Shown here: positions 54,421-64,000 of the stretch, piece after piece | Layout of the letters: each line of letters starts with the position of its first letter | How positions within the stretch are numbered: the first letter of the stretch is position 1 | Origin: Octopus vulgaris | Lineage: Eukaryota | Length of the DNA stretch: 64,000 nt | Assembly (NCBI GenBank): GCA_951406725.2 | Contig: OX597817.1 | Span: 20,646,001-20,710,000 of the forward strand | Direction: 5' to 3' | Position numbers and translations under genes: made by a program | Notes under the pieces: generated by a model | Told to the model about the DNA's origin: nothing | Seen by the model: only the letters and a program-made list of their open reading frames with translations | Databases searched by the model: none

Positions 54421-57196
54421 ACCCTACACACACTAAAATCCCTACAACGTTGGGAAAAAGTGCCGCCTGGTTCCTAAACTATGAATCGACTTTCAAAACA
54501 GATTACTCTTCCAATAACCCGTTCATAAATATGGGAAAACCAGGAACCCAACCACACAACTACTCCGCCAACCCTCCAACCTCGAACAAAAGAAGGAAAC
54601 AGCATATTGAAGATGTACCTTCTTCCCCCACGTCCATAAGGAGGAACAAGAACCCTGGAAACCCTCACCACCAGAATTATATTAACGAATATCCCCCTTC
54701 AAGGAGACACTATACACAACAACTCAACAACTACTCGAATACCTTATTAACAAATAAAAGAGGATTCCACTACCAGGATAGACACAACATCCACACCACG
54801 AGGGGACAACAAGGTAATTTTCACTTTCTCAACTCTCACAATACACAACAAGCCCATACCACTCGATACAAGCACCCACTTAGGCCACTCATATCACCAC
54901 AATCCATCACGACACAAAGAAACACACACCAACACCCGCAATACAGGAACACCCCATTCTATCCACAACCACGAACCCGAACCATATTTCACAACAAGGA
55001 ATATAACAAACACACAGGACCTCTTAACACCAACAGACAACCCCTCTACCCCAACTTTTTTTTAGACACAGCACACAGGTACAGGCAAACAAAATAACAC
55101 AGGACAGGGAAGAGTAACAGAAACTAATTAAAGTCGTCAATTTAACCAATACAGAACCCAACCCCAACCTTCTCAACTTACTCTCCAAAGGTCTTCAATT
55201 CACACCAACCCCCCACGTCCAAACTACTACGAAATGAAGGAAGACATTACAGAATTTTGTAGAAAATTGCGACTTAGTGAGGAACTATTCGACCAGCACA
55301 ATGAGGATGAGTCACTAGCTAGAAATAAAAGCAACTACACCCCACCAAAAGGTAGAAATAAAATCCTAGACGAATTCTGTGAGCTCATTACAAACTTCCC
55401 CTACCAACACTTACACAAACCAAAACCCAAACCAAACCTCAACAAGAAAGAGTGGGAAGAATTAAACAAATGAAAAAATGAAAGATCTATCACCATTAAA
55501 GAGGCCGATAAAGGAAGTGCAGTAGTCTTAATGGAGACAGAATACTATATCACCTTAGCACTCTCCACCTTGGAAAATAGAACGTATTACGAAAAGGCTG
55601 AACACTACAATCAACAGAAAATTATGAGAAACTTAAAAACCCTGATCAACCACCACAAAGACGAACTCACTAACAAAGAATTCAACTTCATCACAAATTT
55701 CACTAGTAAAACCAGCCTCTTCTACGGTATTCCCAAAATTCATAAAAGCGAATTAATAAGGCATGCAAGGAAGCCACAAACTCTGTAATCAATGTCCCCT
55801 CACCAAATGACCTCAAATTGAGACCTATTATAGCAGGTCCCGCTTGCGAAACCCACCGCCTTAGCAAATTCATTTGTACCCTTCTCAAGCCCTTCCTCAA
55901 ACACATTAAAAGCTACATAAGGGACGATCTAGATATGCTCAACCACCTCCCCAATACACTTCTTGCTGAACAAACCCTGCTAGTAACATTCGATGTAGTT
56001 AATCTTTACTCCAACATCCCCCACAACCTAGGAATAGAAGCTATCCAATTCTGGCTGGATAATTACTCCAACGAACTCCCACACCGCATCAAAAAGGAAT
56101 TTATTTTAGAAGGACTCAAATTCATCTTAGAGAATAATTTCTTCACCTTCAACAACAAATTCTACAGACAGAAATCAGGGACGGCAATGGAAACGAAAAC
56201 AGCTTCCACTTACGCCAACCTAGTCATGGGATACCTGGAAATCACCCTCTATAATAACGTTCTTAACCAATTTGGCACCATTCTCCACACACACATAGAG
56301 AAGAACTGGAAGAGATATCTTGATGACTGCTTCATCCTTTGGCCCGAAACCATCGAGAAGCTTAAAGAATTTCACACCCTTATAAATGGGCTCAACACAA
56401 ACATTATTTTCACAATGGAATACAACCCTCAACAAATTCCCTTCCTCGACATCCTCATTAAAATTCACAACAAAAAAATAGAAACAGACTTATACTACAA
56501 GCCCACAGACTCCAAGCAATATCTCCCTTGCAATTCATGCCACCCTAGACACGTTAAAATTAACATTCCCTACAACTTAGCCAAGAGAATTTGCACTATA
56601 GTCTCCAATAAAAACATCCGTCTCTTACGTCTACAAGAACTTAAGGACACATTAACAAGCAGGGATTACCCCACGTCACTAATTGACAATGGGATCCAAC
56701 GCGCCCTAAAACTCAGCACACAGGAACTTAGACGCCCTAAACCTGTTACATCGAAACCCCATACTCTACCATACATCATCTCTACACACAACCCCCTCAA
56801 CAATGAAGCTTTTGACACCATCCTCCAGAACATTCCTGTATTAAAAAAGGACCATAGAATGAACCAAATCCTCCTAACACACGAAATCATAAAGAGCAAA
56901 AGGCAACCCAAATCATTGAAAACCATCCTAACAAATGCCAAATACTGCCAACAACAACAACTAGGCGCGAAACCAAGCAAATCTTAAACAACTCTGGAGC
57001 CTCTTTTTTCACATATAAGAGACAGCAAACCCAACATAAAGTCAGAAAAGAGAAAAAAATCTATCAGAAAGGAACTCTATCTCTCTTAAAAATATATCTT
57101 TTGATAAGCATAATGCGCAACCGGTAAAGAGAACTTTCACCTAATTAAATACACTCTCCCTTACTTAAATTATTTTGTCAGCATTTTCTTCATTTC

Positions 57197-57200
<4 letters not shown>
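54421..57200 (+). mobile_element. Penelope-like retroelement body with reverse transcriptase (disrupted)
   Basis: VVNLT..LLSKGLQFTPTP, IKEADKGSAVVLM, FYGIPKIHK, RPIIAG, TFDVVNLYSNIP, YRQKSGTAM, RYLDD, IPFLDI, LYYKPTD..SCHP; frameshifts near 55210, 55470, 55770; endonuclease deleted at about 56961. Confidence 0.95.
55818..56987 (+). pseudogene. Penelope-like RT core and thumb, 389-aa open segment
   Basis: ORF track; PLE RT motifs A, B (GTAMET for GTAMGT) and C (YLDD). Confidence 0.9.
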
Positions 57201-57249
<49 letters not shown>

Positions 57250-57377
57250 GAGAGAGAGAGAGATATATAAATATATATATGTATGTATGTGTGTGTATGT
57301 ATATACATACATGGATGTATGTATACATATCTGTATGTTTATATGTATAGGTTTATACAAATTTATTTGCAACCTGT

Positions 57378-57560
57378 CGTGATCTGCTGACGGTTTCTTC
57401 TACTCGTCCTTCTTTGGATTTTCCCTTTCGTTTTTCGGAGGAACAGCTATGCTCGAAACTTTGAACTCTCTCCTTTTACCGACCGTCAAGCTAATATACT
57501 TCTCGTGCACGACCTGTCGTTCTTTGCATTTCTTCTTTCCTTCGCTTTTATCTATTTATT
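57378..57560 (+). mobile_element. Decayed short Penelope-type terminal repeat
   Basis: CGGAGGAACAGCTATGCTCGAAACTT plus flanks similar to the 9592 family. Confidence 0.5.
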
Positions 57561-57734
57561 TGAATTTTTAATGCTGGTTTCAGAAAAACATCGCAATGAT
57601 AATATTTTGAAATTTAATATAAAATTCGAGGTAAACGTCCTACTAGTTGCAGTTGAGTTTCCAGTCACTTCGAATATTATGCAGACTATGTTGTGTGAGA
57701 GTATGTATGTGTGGGTGTATGTATATGTACATAT

Positions 57735-57905
57735 AGGGAGAATTCACATACAAAACAAAACACGAAGACAGTTAACGTAGTCAACAAACAGATGTATTGG
57801 TTTGACGTTCGGCAAGTGAAAAAAGTCTTTAATGTTTCGAGCCAACGCTCTTCCATAGAACGGAACAAGGAGAGAAAATAAAGGATGTGTAGTGGCTAGC
57901 GATCA
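57735..57905 (-). mobile_element. Short Penelope-type terminal repeat related to 52995-53204
   Basis: Minus strand GATCGCTAGCCACTACACATC..CTATGGAAGAGCGTTGGCTCGAAACATTAAAGACTT. Confidence 0.7.
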
Positions 57906-57996
<91 letters not shown>

Positions 57997-58034
57997 ATCT
58001 GTCTGCCTATCTATCTATGTATCTATCATTCTGT

Positions 58035-58073
<39 letters not shown>

Positions 58074-58074
58074 C

Positions 58075-58114
<40 letters not shown>

Positions 58115-58123
58115 TTATGTATG

Positions 58124-58169
<46 letters not shown>

Positions 58170-58264
58170 TATTGAAATAAATATAGATACGATGGTTATT
58201 TAAACTAGTGATCCTATCAAGTGGATAGCATGGGAATGAAGATCTCAAAGGTAATAGTTATCAT

Positions 58265-58432
58265 TAAAATTATAATTAAGGGTATCTAAAAGATACCAAC
58301 ATGCTAGATATAGCAGCCAAATCTTGACTCACAAAACAAATTTAATGTCAATTTAATGTGGTTTTAGAGTCACGTTTTGGCTGCTATATTTAGCATGGGG
58401 ATATCTTGTAGATAAACTTATTTATAATTTTA
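58265..58432. mobile_element. Palindromic MITE-like element
   Basis: About 72-bp imperfect inverted arms 58265-58337 and 58361-58432 (core CATGCTAGATATAGCAGCCAAA / TTTGGCTGCTATATTTAGCATG). Confidence 0.7.
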
Positions 58433-58434
58433 TA

Positions 58435-59420
58435 TATGCATATGTTCTGTTCGATTTTACCTTTTTTTGAAATTGAATGAAATTTAATAATTTAGAAAGT
58501 CTAATGGAATTAAAACAATATTTTATGCATTTCTGTACATTTAAACTAATTAAATATTATTTTTGTAGAATAAAAAAATTAAAATTACTTCGATTAAAAC
58601 CCTTTCGAACATGGAAGTATCCAAAAACCATTTAAGGCACGTAATGCTTTATGAGTACAAAAAAGGAAACTCTGCCGCCGAAGTGATTCGAAACATGCAC
58701 TCAGTTTATGGAAAAGAATGCTTGAATGAAAGAACTTGCAGAAGATGGTTTGCAAAATTAAGAAGTGGAGATTTCAGCCGTGAAGATGAAGATCAAACAG
58801 GACGTCCAGTTGAGTTTGATGATAAGCCCATTGAAGCAATACTGGAAGAAAATCCTGCATTACCAGTTGAAGAATTGGCATTAAAGCTTTCTTCAAACCA
58901 TACGACTCTTCATCGTAATCTTCAACAACTTGTAAAGGATCCAAAACATCGAAAACGTGTGCCTCATGAATTGTTAGAAAGCAACCGCAAACCACGAGTT
59001 GACATCTACTCTTCTCTCCATTCTTGCGAACTCATTTCACCCTTTTTGGATAGACTTGTAACTGATGACGAAAAAATGGATCTTATATCGAAATGTTAAA
59101 CGTTGTAAAAAGTGGTTTGGTAAAAGGGAAAAAGCGCAATAACAACCGAGAATGGGACTGCGTAAGGAAAAAGGTTCTCCTCTATCTGGTGGGATTGCAA
59201 AGGAGTAATTCCTTTGAATTGTTACCATCTAATGCAAAACCAATACTCAAGTTTACTGTCAACAATTGGAGCGTCTGAACCAAGCTTTAAGGAAAAAATC
59301 CTGCTTTATTGAATCGAAATGGGATGCGTGTCCTCACATTGCAAAGATCACATCAAAGAAAATCGAAGAGCTTGGTTGGGAAAAAGTCTTTATCCAGCTT
59401 ATACTCCCGACCTTCAGACT
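58435..59420 (+). mobile_element. Mariner (DD34D-type) transposon remnant
   Basis: ORF 58611-59099 HLRHVMLYEYKKGNSAAE..VYG..RTCRRWFAKLRSGDFS.ED..GRP..VPHEL..FLDRLVTDDEK, then frameshifted DACPHIAK..LGWE. Confidence 0.92.
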
Positions 59421-59889
59421 ACAAAACACGTTCACTCTTCTAATATAAAAAAATAAATATGTGTCTGTTTACATTTATACACAGACATACACACATATGT
59501 ATATATCCATGTACGCATCTGTATATGTATGTCTGCATGTATACATGTATGAATGTTTGTGTATGCATGCACGTATGTATATGCGCTTTTATGTACATAC
59601 CCCTATATATTCGTTGTTACTGACTGAAGCAGTGTTAGTTCGAAGTTGTAATCTGTATATCATACTTATAGCAGAAATTTTAATGGAAGCCCGCTAAACG
59701 GCGTTATTCACCTCAATAAGCATCTTTTATTGATGTATAAATTTCAAAAACTTCGCCTACCGTACATGCCAATGCAAAAGCCATTTGAGTACGTTTTTGT
59801 AAGAATTTAACTGAAGCGCACATGCAAAAATAAATAAGTCATATGAGTTGCTACATCTGGGATGACACCTGATATCGTAATATTCAAAA

Positions 59890-60540
59890 CATATGATCTC
59901 CCACCTTATTTTTCTGGATCATATCCAGAGAGCAAACCACCATAGCAGAAAGTCCAGGTGATATCGTTATCAACATCATTATTATTGAGAGAGCAATGAA
60001 TGCCGCCAAAGTGACGTCGAGGTAAATTATACATAGCCCATTATATTCATCATGACTGATAAGGTTACACCAGGCACATGCATCACAATCATATGTGCGC
60101 GACAACCTGATCTCGTATCAAGATAAACAGTGCATGACTTTGCAATTGGGACCAAGTAATAAATTTGCTTCTGGTTGAATAGCATAGCCCATCCCGCTCA
60201 AAAGGTCACTGAACAAGGGATGTGTAAGTATGTAAAATGTAACACTCATGTTTCTAGTGGTGAATTATCCAAACTCCAACAAAATTCCGCTCAGCATATG
60301 ACTTTGATGCTCCCCCACTATATTTACTTATGATGAATGATGCACATATCATCAACCATTAAATAATATACTCAACTGGTTAAGATAAACAACGGACAAG
60401 CAAACCTGTGGTATTGATCAGAACATTTGATGTAGTCCACCTTTTATACTAAGACAAAACAATGTGCATGATAACACTTCCAGTCAGTTACTATCAGAAG
60501 CCATGAGAGCCGCTGTATGCTTCTGCATCGTGGCATTATT
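59890..60540 (-). repeat. Probable interspersed repeat, unclassified
   Basis: GC-richer island abutting (TAT)n; resemblance to a recalled octopus repeat only. Confidence 0.3.
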
Positions 60541-60546
60541 ATTATT

Positions 60547-60694
60547 GTTTTTCTTTTTATAACGTGCTTTCACTTCACTACCGAGCGCAGCTCTGTGTGC
60601 CTTGGGCATGTGCTGTGATTTGTTGTGATGCTCTGACGGTTACTGTATTGAAAGTGCTCTGCGTAGGATGTGTGCAGTGCCTAGTAGTGCAATT
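60547..60694 (-). mobile_element. R4/Dong-like LINE 3' end (~150 bp) in (AAT)n
   Basis: IALLGTAHILRRALSIQ* plus 3' UTR matching 42417-42560. Confidence 0.9.
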
Positions 60695-60728
60695 ATTATT
60701 ATTATTATTATCATTATTATTATTATTA

Positions 60729-60805
<77 letters not shown>

Positions 60806-60809
60806 TCTT

Positions 60810-61010
60810 TATTAAGTTGACGAGCTGGTAGAATCGTTAGCTCGCTGGGCGAAATTTTACATACTGAGTTCAAATTCCGTCTAGGTCGACTTTGCCTTTC
60901 ATTCATTCGGCGTCGATTAAATAAATACCAGTTATACACTGAGGTTGATGTAATCGACCTATTCTCCTTCCCGCAAATTTCAGGCTGTGTGTCTATAATA
61001 GAAAGGATTA
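60810..61010 (+). mobile_element. SINE family A, near full length
   Basis: GAGCTGGTAGAATCGTTAG (A box), GAGTTCAAATTCC (B box), GGTCGACTTTGCCTTTCATTCATTCGGCGTCGATTAAATAAATACCAG core. Confidence 0.85.
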
Positions 61011-61035
61011 TCTGTATATATATATATAAGACAGG

Positions 61036-61109
<74 letters not shown>

Positions 61110-61276
61110 GTGATTGTAGTTTATGCACATCCACAAATTAGCACGCATGTCGCTCAGATTTTAGGAGGACATTCGTCACGATCATAGTTATATTTTCCTC
61201 AAATTATTTTCCCCCGAGGCACCCGCGAATAGCGGTAAATAATTCTGAGCCACAACTTCAATTTTCACGGCGGAGA

Positions 61277-61538
61277 AATCCACTGTATTGTCGCCATTAT
61301 CATTTACAAAACATGAGTTAAGTTCCCTTCCAGCGACGGTGTAAGGAGAGGGAGAGAGAGAGAGAGATAACAGATTTTTAAACTTTCTTTTTAGTGAGTG
61401 ATTGACAGACAAAAACAAACAGACATGTGTTGTTATGTATGTATGTGTGAATGGCTTCAGTCACACACACACACACACACACACTCACACGAGCATTTAT
61501 TCGTACAAAACAGATGCATGCGATGTGTGTGTTGACCG

Positions 61539-61575
<37 letters not shown>

Positions 61576-61782
61576 AAAAACTTACATGGAGAAGAGAAAT
61601 AACGCGTGCGTTCGGTCGAAACACGCATTGAGTCAAACAAGGGACAGCTGATGAAGGGGAATTTTCCTAGTATTGTTTGTCCTGTTCTTTGTTTTTTCAT
61701 TGTTTAAAAAATGTATGTTTCCTTGTTTGATTTTATGTTTTCGTCTCTCGTTGTGTTCTACGTTTATTTGTGGTGTCCTGTA

Positions 61783-61838
<56 letters not shown>

Positions 61839-62093
61839 TGTAATCCACTGTATTGTCGCCATTATCATTTACAAAACATGAGTTAAGTTCCCTTCCAGCG
61901 ACGGTGTAAGGAGAGGGAGAGAGAGAGATAACAGATTTTTAAACTTTCTTTTTAGTGAGTGATTGACAGACAAAAACAGACAGACATGTGTTGTTATGTA
62001 TGTATGTGTGAATGGCTTCAGTCACACACACACACACACTCACACGAGCATTTATTCGTACAAAACAGATGCATGCGATGTGTGTGTTGACCG

Positions 62094-62144
<51 letters not shown>

Positions 62145-62352
62145 AAAAACTTACATGGAGAAGAGAAATAACGCGTGCGTTCGGTCGAAACACGCATTGA
62201 GTCAAACAAGGGACAGCTGATGAAGGGGGAATTTTCCTAGTATTGTTTATCCTGTTCTCTGTTTTTTCATTGTTTAAAAAATGTCTGTTTCCTTGTTTGA
62301 TTTTATGTTTTCGTCTCTCGTTGTGTTCTACGTTTATTTGTGGTGTCCTGTA

Positions 62353-62436
<84 letters not shown>

Positions 62437-62437
62437 T
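61277..62437. repeat. Recent tandem duplication, about 565-595 bp x2
   Basis: 61277-61839 vs 61842-62437 nearly identical apart from about 4 substitutions and microsatellite lengths. Confidence 0.95.
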
Positions 62438-62544
62438 TATATATATATATATAAATATATATATATATGCATGTATATATACATGCAGATGTAAGTATGT
62501 ACATATATGTATGTATATATGCATTTATTTTATTTATATTATAT

Positions 62545-62917
62545 ATATATATATAAAGCTGAAGTTGTCTGTGTATGGCAGGTTTGGTAGCCTTCAACTA
62601 ATACTATCTCCTCCGAGACCTGCGGTGCAAGTTGACCAAAATTGAGAGTATGATAGAAGAAACCCAGCTCTTCCTGCCATCGGACCATGTTAACACCAAA
62701 AATTATTTACATCAAGAAGGTGCTTTTTTTTCTATGAAAATCCCTATTTTGTTTACGATTTTTTGACTGCTGTGTCGCCATTTGTTGGTGCATTTCAACC
62801 GGTAAAATGTTCACTTAAAAAGAATAGCAAGTTACATAATACAACATTTTTACTTTTCAGAAATTCCAATTCTGAAGGATCGAAACAAACCCGATCAACG
62901 CTGGGCGATACTGCTAG
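62545..62917 (+). mobile_element. Non-autonomous Helitron-like element
   Basis: 5' (TA)n-AAGCTGAAGTTGTCTGTG; 3' hairpin CCCGATCAACGCTGGG then 8 nt and terminal CTAG followed by T. Confidence 0.65.
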
Positions 62918-63378
62918 TTATTATTATTTTCTAATATTATTTTTATCTAGTATTACTAGTAGTAGTAGTAGTAGTAGTGGTAGTAATAGGTGGAGAAGGA
63001 GGGGGAGGAATGTGAGGAGGAGAAAGAGGAAGGGAGGAGAAAGTAAAGGGAATGAATTGAAAGGAGAGAATGAGTGACATGTGTAGCAGCATTAGTTGAG
63101 ATATAGATGCTAGTGTTGAATAAACTTGTTAGTATTGGGATTGATACAAGAAAAAAAAATGACTATCAGTTTTCTGTAAATATGATTGTGTGACTGATAT
63201 TTAATTCAATCACGAATGCACTAAGTCACCTAAATGTTTTCCTCAGTTAAATAGAAAACTTAAAACATGCAACTGGAAACTAATACTTTACATTTTAATT
63301 TTTAATTAAAATAACGTCTCTAAATGTTACTGTATGCATGTATGTAGGTTTATATTTACGTGTCTATATACGAATATG

Positions 63379-63427
<49 letters not shown>

Positions 63428-64000
63428 ATGTGTGGAAGAGCGTGTGTATGTTGTATGAGAAATGGACGCAGACGTATATAAAAAATACATACATATACAT
63501 TTAAAAACAACCTCAAGCACACATTCATATGAACACGTACATAGCGCCAGGACACGCTATGATAAAGACAGGTTTTTGCAGGTGCCATGCACATCTATAC
63601 ATAAAGTTTATTTAATTAATAAAATTATTAATGCCATAACAGGCTTTTGATTCAAAGTTATACTACGCAAGATATCTATAGATTTTAAGACGCCATCCTT
63701 TATGTAGTTAGATGTAAATGTGCTCTCTAAGAAATGAGAGTACTGGGAACATAGTTAATTTCCAACAGGTATTTACGTACACAACTTGTATAAAGGTGCA
63801 TGTATATATTTGATGTGTGTACTTCTCAGATATATATGTCGGTACCTATTTGCTCTGATAAACATGGCCATTCATTTACGTGCATATACATACACACACG
63901 CACATACACACGCATATGCACATATATATAGAAAGAGTAAGAGAGAAAGAGAGATGCATATAGATATACATACATGCATATATGTGCGTCCGTCGTGCTA

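Noticed and set aside
54450-55097. 215-aa ORF as a host or accessory gene
   Set aside because: Low-complexity A/C-rich N-terminal region of the Penelope element, lying between the inversion junction and the conserved PLE N-terminus

Overview
AT-rich eukaryotic intergenic or intronic DNA, saturated with microsatellites ((TA)n, (TAA)n, (CA)n, (TATC)n, (TAG)n, (GA)n) and transposon debris. The repeat inventory looks like an Octopus/coleoid cephalopod genome; this is my inference from recalled repeat families, not a database result. No intact host protein-coding gene, rRNA, true tRNA or CRISPR array is supported, and almost all listed ORFs are microsatellite translations. Recognisable elements are Penelope-like retroelements (RT and GIY-YIG), CR1-clade LINE pieces, about ten R4/Dong-like (restriction-like endonuclease) LINE pieces sitting in (TAA)n arrays, a Tx1/L1-like piece, an RTE tail, Tc1/mariner remnants, a Helitron-like element and several tRNA-derived SINE families. 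The most interesting signal is a set of minimal hammerhead-ribozyme-like motifs with covarying stems at Penelope-type 3' ends. One occurs in a tRNA-headed (Pol III) SINE-like element with a 12-bp TSD and an inverted 3' duplication (17308-17749), suggesting a Penelope-mobilised, ribozyme-bearing SINE/retrozyme system. Boundaries of old elements are approximate.
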